A stretch of DNA of 64,000 bases. Origin: an uncultured delta proteobacterium. GTDB taxonomy: Bacteria > Myxococcota_A > Polyangia > Haliangiales > Haliangiaceae. Positions 47,306 through 56,576 of the stretch are shown in pieces (the first letter of the stretch is position 1; each line of letters opens with the position of its first letter). The notes under the pieces are model-generated. The model did not search any database. It was not told where the DNA came from and saw nothing but the letters and a program-made list of their open reading frames with translations. The position numbers and the translations under genes are program-made. The DNA is taken from contig CAWKDB010000010.1 of NCBI GenBank assembly GCA_963848295.1, positions 4,032,001-4,096,000 of the forward strand, read 5' to 3'.

Positions 47306-47384
47306 GGCTCATCATCCGCGTCCTGCGCGGTGGTGGCCGTGAAGCTCTTGTTAAACAGGTAGGGTCCCGAGGTATCGTCGCGCC

Positions 47385-49382
47385 GTGCTGCGTGCCGTCG
47401 CTGTAATCGCTCTGGCGGGCTCGTGTGGTTCGCAGAGCGAACCGCTCGCGACGAAAACCGCCGCTGCAAAGTCGCCTGCCGCACGGGCCGGCGGCCCGAT
47501 CGTCGGCGAGTGTCCGGCGAGCCGCGGCGTCGCGTGTTGGACGAGCGTCGATGGGTTTCGCTCGCTACAGCCGCTACCGATCGGCAATCCGCTGCGCGCG
47601 GTCCACGTCATGCCCGATGGCGACGCCTGGATCGTCGGCGACGACGCCACGTTGTTGCGAATCGCGCACGGCGACAACCAGGTCACGCGGATCACCGTGC
47701 CGGACGTGCCGACGGTGGCCGCGACACTCGACGCGGTCGAGAGCGGCACGTCGAAGGACTTCCCGGGAAGCGAGCTGATGAAGCTCGACTTCAAGGCGAT
47801 CGTGGCCACCGGCCCGAACGACGTGTGGATCGCGGAGGGCGACCGCAGGGTCGTGCACTGGGACGGAGCGGCGTGGCGCCACTTCGCGCTCGACGGCTTT
47901 GGTGCGGGCGGCGACAAGCTGATGCTCGCGGCGAACGGTACGTTGTGGTCGATCGGGCACATCGTGATCTTCGGCGATACCCAACAGCCGACGCTCGTCG
48001 ATCCGCAGCAGGACACGCCGACGCGAGGGCCTACGATCCCGAACACCGACTCGATCGCCGCGATCGCGCGCAATGGCGACGAGGTGTGGGTCGCGAGCGA
48101 TAACGGCTCGGTGCTTCGCAGCCGCGCGGGTGCCGCGTTCCAGCCCGTGGCGATCGCGCACGACCCGGGGTCGCTACGCTCGATGTGGCTCGATCCGAAC
48201 GGCGGCGCCGGATTCCTGATCATCGGGGGCGAGCTGTTCGAGGGTGCGGGTGACCGCTGGAAGCCAGTCGCGAAGCTGGCGAATGATGCGAACGTCGTGT
48301 CCGCGGCGCCGGGAGGTGACCCTGCGTGGATCGTCGGCGAGCACGCCTGGCGCTACACGCACGGCGCGCTGAGTGAAGTCCCGATCGACGGGCTCACACC
48401 GGGCGATCACACCGTGCTCTCATTCGGTGCCGATCGGTTCGAGGCGGTCGACGTGGGCGCGGCGGATGACGTGTGGATCGTCGGTCGAGCCGGGATGATC
48501 CTCCACTACGACGGCAAGTCGTTGGTCGAGCTGGCACCGCGGGCGAGTGAGGAGAGCGCGATCGGCGTGGTGTGGACCGGCGACGACACTTGGCTCGCCG
48601 GGTTCGCAGACGGGATGCTCGTCTCCGGCAACCTGCGTGGCGGCATCGTCGGCCACGAGCGCGGTCCGCTTCGCGATCCCAAGGCGATGGCGCGGACGGT
48701 CTCGGGCGACGTGATCCTCGCGGGCTGCCACACCGAGATGTTCGCGCGCGGCGGCGATGGCGAGTGGAAGAAGCTGCCCGAGCTCGATGCGTGCGTCGCG
48801 GCGGTCGGCGGCGCCGATCGCGAACATCTGTGGGCGGTCGGTTCGGCGGATCTCGTCGACGGCAAGGCGTGGCGACTCGAGCATGGCCATTGGCACGCGG
48901 TGCCGACCGGGATGGGCGAGAACGACAGCCTGCGCGACGTCGCGGTCGCGAGCAACGGCGACGTCTGGGTGGTCGGCGATGGCGCGGTATTCGTCGCGCG
49001 CAAGGGAGGCGCGCTCGTTCGGATCCAGAGTCACAAGACCGACGACTATCGCGGCTTGTCGATCCGCTCCCCGGACGACGTGTGGATCGCGACGAACGCG
49101 AACGACCTCGGCTCGGCTGGAACGCTGCTCCACTGGGATGGCAAGACGTTCGAACGCTTCGATCACGTCACCGCGAACTACCTCGATGCCGTCGTCGCGT
49201 TGCCCGGTGGTGCGGTCTACGCGGTCGGGCTCGGCGGCGTCGCGGCATACAGCGCCGACGGCAAGACGTTCCGCGCGATGCAGACCGACAGCACGGCGTC
49301 GCTCACCCACCTGATCGCGAACGCCGCCGGCACGGCCATCGTCGTCGGCGATTACGGCACGATCATGCAGCGAGGACCGTGA
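47385..49382 (+). CDS. beta-propeller lipoprotein
   Basis: LAGSC lipobox; repeated DDVWIVG...HWDG blades. Confidence 0.75.
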   Translation: MLRAVAVIALAGSCGSQSEPLATKTAAAKSPAARAGGPIVGECPASRGVACWTSVDGFRSLQPLPIGNPLRAVHVMPDGDAWIVGDDATLLRIAHGDNQVTRITVPDVPTVAATLDAVESGTSKDFPGSELMKLDFKAIVATGPNDVWIAEGDRRVVHWDGAAWRHFALDGFGAGGDKLMLAANGTLWSIGHIVIFGDTQQPTLVDPQQDTPTRGPTIPNTDSIAAIARNGDEVWVASDNGSVLRSRAGAAFQPVAIAHDPGSLRSMWLDPNGGAGFLIIGGELFEGAGDRWKPVAKLANDANVVSAAPGGDPAWIVGEHAWRYTHGALSEVPIDGLTPGDHTVLSFGADRFEAVDVGAADDVWIVGRAGMILHYDGKSLVELAPRASEESAIGVVWTGDDTWLAGFADGMLVSGNLRGGIVGHERGPLRDPKAMARTVSGDVILAGCHTEMFARGGDGEWKKLPELDACVAAVGGADREHLWAVGSADLVDGKAWRLEHGHWHAVPTGMGENDSLRDVAVASNGDVWVVGDGAVFVARKGGALVRIQSHKTDDYRGLSIRSPDDVWIATNANDLGSAGTLLHWDGKTFERFDHVTANYLDAVVALPGGAVYAVGLGGVAAYSADGKTFRAMQTDSTASLTHLIANAAGTAIVVGDYGTIMQRGP

Positions 49383-49383
49383 C

Positions 49384-50601
49384 GTGGCGCGCACGATGTG
49401 CAACCGGTGCCGGCGGCCGGAGACCGTGTGTTACTGCGCGGCGCTGCCTCGGCTCGAGACGACGACGCGGATCGTGATCCTGCAACATCCGCGCGAGCGC
49501 GACATGCCGATCGGCACGGCGCGGATGACGATGTTGAGCGTCGCGAACGCGTCGCTGCGCGTCGGCATGACGTGGACGCGCGACGAGCTTGGCGACGTGC
49601 TCGATGATCCGGCGCGACCTGCGATCTTGCTCGCGCCCGGCCCCGACGCGCGCGACATCCTCCGCGATCCGCCGGCCGGGCCGGTCACGCTGATCGTCGT
49701 CGACGGCACGTGGGCACAGGCGCGCAGCCTGCTCAATCGCAACCCGTTGCTCCAGACGTTGCCGCGCTACGCGTTCACGGCGCCCGAACCGTCGCGGTAT
49801 CGGATCCGGCGCGAGCCGAAGCCGGAGTACGTCTCGACGATCGAAGCGGTGATGCACGTGCTCGGCGCGCTAGAAGGCGATCCCGAGATCGCGCGTGCGT
49901 TGCTCGATCCGCTCGATGCGATGGTCGATGCGCAGCTGCATTGCCAGGCGATCGCGCCGCGACGGTCGTCGTATCGCCGGCCGCGCGGACCGAAACCGCC
50001 GGCGCCGTCGCGCGTGCCGCGCGCGATCGCGAGCCGGTTCGGCGATGTGGTGTGCGTCGTCGGCGAGGCGAACGCGTGGGCGTACACGCGCGGCAAGCCC
50101 CGGCTCGACGGAACCGCACCGCCATTCGGCGGTGCTGCCGGCCGGGTGCGGGCCCCGGCCGTCGGCGAGCTCGTCCATTGGGTCGCGCACCGCCCGAGCA
50201 CGGGCGAGACGTTCGAGCGCGTGATGGCTCCCGCCGGCGAGCTGTCGCCGAATACGCCGTTTCATATCGAGCTCGACGAGGCGCGACTGCGCGCCGGAAG
50301 TGCACGCGCGGACATGGTCAGCGAGTTCTCGCGGTTCTTGCGCCCGCGTGACGTCGTGTGCGCGTGGGGCCACTACCCGCATGCGTTGTTCATCGCGAAC
50401 GGTGGCGCGCCGTTCGCCGAGCCGCTCGATCTCCGCGCGGCGGCGCAACGCATCGCGAACCGCAAGATCGGCACGCTCGAGGCGTTCGCCGCGACGCTGG
50501 CGGCAACGCCGCCCGCGCCGATCGCGCTCGGTCGCGCCGGCCGCCGGCTCGCGATGCTCGTCGAGATCGTGCGCGATTGGCATCGCGCCGCGTCTACGTG
50601 A
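49384..50601 (+). CDS. DTW-domain tRNA aminocarboxypropyltransferase-like protein with C-terminal DnaQ-like domain
   Basis: CNRC...CYC, LQHPRE, VDGTW, YRIRRE, STIEA; about 190-aa extension. Confidence 0.85.
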   Translation: MARTMCNRCRRPETVCYCAALPRLETTTRIVILQHPRERDMPIGTARMTMLSVANASLRVGMTWTRDELGDVLDDPARPAILLAPGPDARDILRDPPAGPVTLIVVDGTWAQARSLLNRNPLLQTLPRYAFTAPEPSRYRIRREPKPEYVSTIEAVMHVLGALEGDPEIARALLDPLDAMVDAQLHCQAIAPRRSSYRRPRGPKPPAPSRVPRAIASRFGDVVCVVGEANAWAYTRGKPRLDGTAPPFGGAAGRVRAPAVGELVHWVAHRPSTGETFERVMAPAGELSPNTPFHIELDEARLRAGSARADMVSEFSRFLRPRDVVCAWGHYPHALFIANGGAPFAEPLDLRAAAQRIANRKIGTLEAFAATLAATPPAPIALGRAGRRLAMLVEIVRDWHRAAST

Positions 50602-51214
50602 GCTTGCGCGCCTTCGCTGCGCGTCGCCGCGAGATCTCGACGCCGACTGCTGCAAGCCCTCGCGCGTTCGCGACCGCGAGCACGCTGCCGACGCCGCAGA
50701 ATGGATCGACGATCGTCGTGGCGCCGATCGACGCCGCGAACCCGACCGCGGCCTCGCACGCCGCCGCGCCCATCGCGCGCGACCAACTCATCGCGCCGAG
50801 CGAGGGCAAGACGTCGGGTGTCGAGGCACCCGGTGCGAGCCGCCGCGCGCGACTGACGCACAGGCAGTGCGCGTAGGCCGGACGGCCGAACGTCGTCGTG
50901 CCCGGTGGCACGCGACACACGACCTTGTGCCACAGGAGATGAGAGCCCGCCGCTTCCGCGCCGACGAGCACGAGATGGCCCTTGTCGATCCACCGACCGT
51001 CGTGCTTGACGTCGGTCTGATAGAAGATCGCGACCGTATCGTCGGCGACGGCGCGGCACGCGAGCGCGACGGTGTCGACGAACCACGCGCGCCACCCGGC
51101 GACACCGAGCGCAGGCAGCTCGCTGTGATCCGGCAGCGACGTGATGATCGCGTGATCGGCCGGCAATCGATCCGCGAGAAACGCGATGCCGTCGCCGTGG
51201 TGGACCGTCCTCAT
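50594..51214 (-). CDS. small SAM-dependent methyltransferase, beta-class N4/N6-MTase-like motif order
   Basis: HGDG, ITSLPD, then VDPFCGVGS and GVEI. Confidence 0.75.
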   Translation of the reverse strand: MRTVHHGDGIAFLADRLPADHAIITSLPDHSELPALGVAGWRAWFVDTVALACRAVADDTVAIFYQTDVKHDGRWIDKGHLVLVGAEAAGSHLLWHKVVCRVPPGTTTFGRPAYAHCLCVSRARRLAPGASTPDVLPSLGAMSWSRAMGAAACEAAVGFAASIGATTIVDPFCGVGSVLAVANARGLAAVGVEISRRRAAKARKLT

Positions 51215-51346
51215 CGCACGCTGCGGCGAGTCTACTTCCGAGTCCAGGTAAGCCTCATACACACCTGTACGACACCATGGCGCTCGTTGTCTCGATCGCG
51301 TGCGCGTGAGATCGTGATCGATGTGGGACCACGAACGAAGCTCGCG

Positions 51347-53533
51347 ATGGCGCTGCTGCTTTCGTTCGCCGGCTGCATTCGCCCCGATCTCGTCGCGTGC
51401 GGCGATCTCAGCTGCCCGCGCGGCTCGATGTGCGTGAACGACAGCTTGTGCGCAGCGCCCGATCAAGTCGCGGCGTGCGACGGCGTGGCCGATGGCACGA
51501 TCTGCCACGCATCGAGCGGCGACGGCAACTGCTCGCAGGGCGTGTGCGCGCCGAGTGTGTGCGGCGACGGGATGGTCACCGGGCTCGAGCAATGCGACGG
51601 CGACACCATCCCGGTGGGTTGTACCGATCTCGGCTACTACACCGGCACCGTCGCGTGCACGAAGTACTGTTCGGTCGATCGCTCGGGCTGCAGCGGCCGA
51701 TGTGGTGACGGGATCGTGCAGGCCAACGAAGGCGAGCTGTGCGACAGCAGCCCTCCCGCCGGATCGTGCATGGACTACGGCGAGGATGTCGGCGAGCTCG
51801 CGTGCAGCGCGGGCTGTGGCATCGGACTCGCCGATTGCGGGCGACTCGATTGGTTCCCGACGAAGTCGATCGAGACCACGACGATCGCGATCGCCGGTGC
51901 GCATGGCTGGCTCGCCTACGTCGACACCGCGGGCCACGCCTATGCCGTCTACGATCATCACGCGATCGAGCATGACGGTACGTTCGCCGCGGTCGCGGTC
52001 GCAGATAGCTCGATCTGGGCGATCGGCCCGACGACGGTCGCCCAATGGACCCCCGCGACCGGCTGGATCGACAGCGCTGCACCGTGGCCCGCGACGAGCA
52101 CGGTCGGCAGCGCCTGGGCATCGGACGCGCTCGGCTTGTGGGTCTCGCTCGGAGGTGTCGTGCCGGTGTGGCAGCTCGCAAACGGCACGTGGTCGATGGT
52201 CACCGGGCCGTGGGGCCAGTCGGTGACGTTCGAGAACACGCGCTCGGTCGTGATGATCTCCGCCGACCAGGGGCTCGCGCAATTCGACGGTACGTCGTGG
52301 ACCGCGTACGACGGCCCGACGGGCACGGATTCGGTGGCCGAGGACGATCTCGGTCGGCTGTGGGCGATCTCGGGCACGGTGCAAGGTACGCCGATGCCAA
52401 CTCCACCAGCAGGTACGACGCTGTCGCTGCGCACGAACGGTGTCTGGGCGGACGCCGGGATCGGCTTCTACGGCTACATCGCGGTCGCGCCGAGCGAAGG
52501 CGGCATGTTCATATCGGGATTCGGCATCCAGCTCGAAGGCGTCGGCCAAATCCCGACGGTCGTGTCTGCACTCGTCTCGGTCGGGCAGGCGCCGTTCTCG
52601 ATCAGCTGGTCGGGTGGGCCGCAGGATTTTCCGGGGCTCGCCAGCGACGGAGTGTCGCCGTTTGCGATCGAGGCTGCTGCTCCGATTCAAACGCTGGACG
52701 GCCAGTGGGTCGGCTTGGGCTCTCCGTACGAGATCGCGTTCGGGCACGCGCACGGTGGCCGGCTAGTGGTCAGCTACGCTTCCGGCAATGCCGTCGATGC
52801 ACTCGACGAACACGGCAACCTCGACCCGATCACGCTGCCCGACGGCGTCGCGGGTTGCTCGCTCGTCGCGGTCTCGCTCAGCGGCAGGCTGTATTGCTAC
52901 GACGGTGCGAGCCTGTGGGAAGGCGCCGTCTCCCAGGCCCTCGCATCGGCGAATGCGATGTGGGTCGCAGGAGACGACAGCGCGGTGGCCGTCGGCGGGA
53001 ATGACTTGTTTGCTTCGCGCACGAGCGCGGGCTGGAACGTCAGCGCGCCAGCGATGTCGTTCTCGGCGATCGGCGGCAGCGCGTACGATGATCTCTACGC
53101 GATCGCGACCGCCGACGGTGGCACGCCCGCGCTGTGGCACTTCGACGGCACGGCGTGGACCGCGGTGACGTCCGGCGACGCGGGACTATCACAGCTCGTG
53201 GTCGGCGCGACGCGGGTCTACGCGCTCGATGCGAGCGGCCTGATGGCGTTCGATCGTGCGACCGGCACCGTGAGTCATCCGACGTTGCCATTCGCGTTCT
53301 CGCAGATCACCGGCGACAGCGGCGACGAGCTATTCGCGATCGCGAACACCGCCTCGCCCTCGAGCCTGTGGCACTACGACGGCACGTATGCGTCGCCGAT
53401 GCGCGCCGCGGATACGGTCAACGGGATCTACGCGTTCGGAGATCAACTCGTGATGTTCACCAACACTCCGATTCACGATGGGCCGCCGAACCTGGTCGCG
53501 CTGTATCGCCTTGCGCGAACCGCTAGCTGGTGA
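51347..53533 (+). CDS. lipoprotein with Cys-rich repeats and C-terminal beta-propeller
   Basis: FAGC lipobox; CGDG..EQCDG repeats; WHFDG blades. Confidence 0.75.
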   Translation: MALLLSFAGCIRPDLVACGDLSCPRGSMCVNDSLCAAPDQVAACDGVADGTICHASSGDGNCSQGVCAPSVCGDGMVTGLEQCDGDTIPVGCTDLGYYTGTVACTKYCSVDRSGCSGRCGDGIVQANEGELCDSSPPAGSCMDYGEDVGELACSAGCGIGLADCGRLDWFPTKSIETTTIAIAGAHGWLAYVDTAGHAYAVYDHHAIEHDGTFAAVAVADSSIWAIGPTTVAQWTPATGWIDSAAPWPATSTVGSAWASDALGLWVSLGGVVPVWQLANGTWSMVTGPWGQSVTFENTRSVVMISADQGLAQFDGTSWTAYDGPTGTDSVAEDDLGRLWAISGTVQGTPMPTPPAGTTLSLRTNGVWADAGIGFYGYIAVAPSEGGMFISGFGIQLEGVGQIPTVVSALVSVGQAPFSISWSGGPQDFPGLASDGVSPFAIEAAAPIQTLDGQWVGLGSPYEIAFGHAHGGRLVVSYASGNAVDALDEHGNLDPITLPDGVAGCSLVAVSLSGRLYCYDGASLWEGAVSQALASANAMWVAGDDSAVAVGGNDLFASRTSAGWNVSAPAMSFSAIGGSAYDDLYAIATADGGTPALWHFDGTAWTAVTSGDAGLSQLVVGATRVYALDASGLMAFDRATGTVSHPTLPFAFSQITGDSGDELFAIANTASPSSLWHYDGTYASPMRAADTVNGIYAFGDQLVMFTNTPIHDGPPNLVALYRLARTASW

Positions 53534-53543
53534 CCACGCTGCC

Positions 53544-55436
53544 TTACGACCGACCGGACTGGTCGCGCTCGAGCTCGGCGAGCCGCCGTTGCGCAGGCCG
53601 CCACCGCCAGGCGATGTTGAGTGCGAAGCCGAGGTTCGCCGTGCTTATCGCGTAGAGCCGGAGCTCGAGGTGCGTCGCTCCAAGCACGAAACCGATCAGG
53701 TAGCCGATCGCCGCGAACGCGAGATAACGATCGACCATGATCGCGGCAGTCGACGCGACCACGAACCATAGAAATATCATCAGCACCTGGACGATCGATG
53801 CTTGGAGCCCGAGGGCCCATCCGCCGAGCGCCAGCGCGCCCTGTGCGACAAACATGAACCCGACGGTCATGAACGTCTTGCGATCGACCGACGTCATCGG
53901 AACCGGGCCTCGCGCTCGCCACCCCGCCGCGGCCGTCACGACGACGAGGAACACCCCCGCCCAGATGACTTGGTCTGCGTGCGTTTCGATCGCGTTCCCG
54001 GAGAACATCGCGCGCACGAGTGGTGCGAGCCAGAAGAAGCCGCCGAGCACGATCCCGGTGATCCAGCGTACCCGGCTGTTCTTGAGCGGATCTAGATCCT
54101 CGCGTATGTGCTCGAGGGCGTGGCGTCGCGTGATCGCCGCCGCTTCAGCAGCTTGCGCGCGCTCGAGCACGAGCGCCGGCGGTTCGGATAGCTCGTTCAG
54201 CAACCGGAGCGCGGCGCTGGGCTGGTCGTGTGCGAGCTCGAACTCGGCGACGGCACAGGTCGCACGCATCAACCCGGAACGCGCTTCGGCATTGTCGCGC
54301 CACACCGCGAGCGCCTCGTGGAAGCCGAACCTGCAGATCGCGAGCTGGCGATAGAGCTCCTCGCGATCACCATCGCCAGCGGTCTTGACCGCGGCGAGCA
54401 GCGCATCGACTTGTTCGCCAGCACGCGCCGCGAGCTGCGCCGACCCGCGATGCTCGAGATAATGCTGGAGCGCGAGCTGCATCGCATCGATCGAATCGAA
54501 CCGTTTGTTCGGGTCGGAGTCCATCGCACGCATGCATATCTGTGCGAGCTCTCCGGGTGCATCGGCGGGTAGGGCCGGCGTCGAGCTCACGATGCTCGCG
54601 ATCGTCGCGTAGACGTCGGAGCCCGTGTGCGGCGGTCGGCCTGCGAGCAGCTCGAATAACACCGCGCCTGCGAGATAGACGTCGGTGCGTTCCGAGATCG
54701 GCGTGCCGTCGCGACCCAACATCTCGGGCGCCATGTAGCAAGGCGTGCCGGCGAGCTCCCAGGTAGATCCGAGCCTCGGGAAGCGGCCGGTGTCGTCCTC
54801 GCGCAAGCTCACCGCGATGCCCCAGTCGAGCAGGTAGACCTCGCCGAAGCTTCCGATCATGACGTTGCTCGGCTTGAGATCGCGATGGACGAAACCGCGG
54901 CTGTGAGCGAAGCGCAGCGCGTTCATCACTTGATGCAAGATCTCGACGTTCCGTGCGAGCACATCGGTCGTGCCGAACCGACTGCGAATCTCGGCCGGGT
55001 CACCGAGCAGCGTGCTCCATTCGACGCCATCGATCCGCTTGAGGATCAATACCGGCAGGCCGGCGTCGTCGGTGCCGAGGTGATGGATCGGTACGATGTT
55101 GGGGTGCTCGAGCGCGCCGGTGACCCATGCCTCGCGCAGTAACTCGTCGGCAGCGCCGGCTGCGCGGCCCGCCTTGACGGTCTTGACCGCGACCATTCGG
55201 CCGAGCGCGACTTGCTCCGCTTCGCGCACGACGCCCATCCCACCCTCGCCGATCACGCGACCGGTACGCAGCTCGACTGCTCGTCCACTCGCGATCACCT
55301 GCGCGAGCAACGCCTTGGCTTGCTCACCTTGCTCGTGCGCCGGCACGATCGTCTGCTCCGGCAGGGTCTCGCTCACGATCAGCTTGCTGCGCAGAGTGTC
55401 GAGCCACCCGTCGAGCCCATCGTCGCGTTTGGTCAC
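53544..55436 (-). CDS. Ser/Thr kinase with C-terminal TM domain
   Basis: IGEGGMGVV, VAVK, HRDLKPSN, DWG, GTPCYMAPE; about 6 TM. Confidence 0.9.
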   Translation of the reverse strand: MTKRDDGLDGWLDTLRSKLIVSETLPEQTIVPAHEQGEQAKALLAQVIASGRAVELRTGRVIGEGGMGVVREAEQVALGRMVAVKTVKAGRAAGAADELLREAWVTGALEHPNIVPIHHLGTDDAGLPVLILKRIDGVEWSTLLGDPAEIRSRFGTTDVLARNVEILHQVMNALRFAHSRGFVHRDLKPSNVMIGSFGEVYLLDWGIAVSLREDDTGRFPRLGSTWELAGTPCYMAPEMLGRDGTPISERTDVYLAGAVLFELLAGRPPHTGSDVYATIASIVSSTPALPADAPGELAQICMRAMDSDPNKRFDSIDAMQLALQHYLEHRGSAQLAARAGEQVDALLAAVKTAGDGDREELYRQLAICRFGFHEALAVWRDNAEARSGLMRATCAVAEFELAHDQPSAALRLLNELSEPPALVLERAQAAEAAAITRRHALEHIREDLDPLKNSRVRWITGIVLGGFFWLAPLVRAMFSGNAIETHADQVIWAGVFLVVVTAAAGWRARGPVPMTSVDRKTFMTVGFMFVAQGALALGGWALGLQASIVQVLMIFLWFVVASTAAIMVDRYLAFAAIGYLIGFVLGATHLELRLYAISTANLGFALNIAWRWRPAQRRLAELERDQSGRS

Positions 55437-55450
55437 TCCCCCTACGGTAC

Positions 55451-55588
55451 ACCGACATCGAGATCGCGGCCGATGACGCGGTGCCGTACAGCGAGGTCGT
55501 CAAGGTGATCGACGAAGCTGCGAAGGACGGCTTCGTCGACTGGCGATTGACGACGCCGGCTCGACTCGCGGCGCGACCCTCGCTCTAA
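55451..55588 (+). pseudogene. ExbD/TolR C-terminal remnant
   Basis: Translated by hand: TDIEIAADDAVPYSEVVKVIDEAAKDGFVDWRL...TAA; no start codon or TM helix. Confidence 0.7.
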
Positions 55589-55620
55589 TAAACAGCGAAG
55601 CGCTCGTATAGGATGGCGGC

Positions 55621-56571
55621 ATGCGGATCGCTATCGTCTTCGCGGCGTGCGCTGTCATGACCCCCGCGACATCGGCGGCGGACGTCCCGACGAAGCTCGC
55701 CGGGAAGCCGACCGCCTTGCTCGGCGATCACGTCGAGGTCGCGCTGCCGGTTGGCATGAAGCTCGAAGCGCGTGGCCATAGCATCATGGCCGCCGACCAA
55801 GCCGGCGAAGATGAGACGCGCGCCGTGCTCGACGACGGTAGCGCTCGCCTCGTGATGATGGCGTACGAGCTCTACGCGACGACCGGCCCCGACTTCAGAG
55901 CCGCGGCGATCGCCGATGCGAAGGCGCAGCTGCCGAACGCCATGGTCGAAGCGGTCGCGCTCGCCAAGCCGCTCGCCGGCTTTGCCGCGGCTCCGCCGAC
56001 GAAGGGCGACCAGGACGCGAACCTCATCTATATGATGTGGCTCGGCAACGCCGATGCGACGGTGCAGGTGCTCGCGTTCTATCTCAACCCGGCCGGGGCG
56101 AAGGCGACCGGCAAGTGGCTCGCGCTCGCGAAGAAGATCGCGGCGACCGCGGTCGCGGGCAAGCGCGTGCTCGCGACGAAAGCCGGCGACCGCGCGTTGG
56201 GGGACCTCGTGGTCGCGCTTCCCGACGGTTGGGCGGTCACGCCGCAGCCCGGGCCAGACTTCATCGTGTTCCACCTGCGCAAGACCGCCGTGCTCGGTAC
56301 GTCGCCCCCCCGCTGCGGCGTCTACGTCGGCGGCTTCGCGTCGTATCAGTATTCGCAGAATGGAATCGAGGCAGCTCACGTCAAGAAGCTGGCCGGCAAG
56401 CTGATGGGCGCGAAGGTCGACTGGTATGTCTGGACCGCGAATGGGAGCTCGACGACCGAGGCGATGACGAAGGGCTTGAACGGCGAGACCGTGCACGTGT
56501 TCTGCTCGGCATCGGCCGAGGGCGAGCTCGCCGATCTGCGCAAGCTCGCCGAGACGCTGCGCCACAAGTGA
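55621..56571 (+). CDS. hypothetical secreted protein
   Basis: Signal peptide; TAGGAT box 6 nt upstream. Confidence 0.65.
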   Translation: MRIAIVFAACAVMTPATSAADVPTKLAGKPTALLGDHVEVALPVGMKLEARGHSIMAADQAGEDETRAVLDDGSARLVMMAYELYATTGPDFRAAAIADAKAQLPNAMVEAVALAKPLAGFAAAPPTKGDQDANLIYMMWLGNADATVQVLAFYLNPAGAKATGKWLALAKKIAATAVAGKRVLATKAGDRALGDLVVALPDGWAVTPQPGPDFIVFHLRKTAVLGTSPPRCGVYVGGFASYQYSQNGIEAAHVKKLAGKLMGAKVDWYVWTANGSSTTEAMTKGLNGETVHVFCSASAEGELADLRKLAETLRHK

Positions 56572-56576
56572 CCGCC

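Noticed and set aside
50300..53533. 1077-aa ORF, and the 719-aa ORF at 50594..52753
   Set aside because: Their N-terminal extensions are shadow frames over neighbouring genes; plausible starts are 51347 (+) and 51214 (-).
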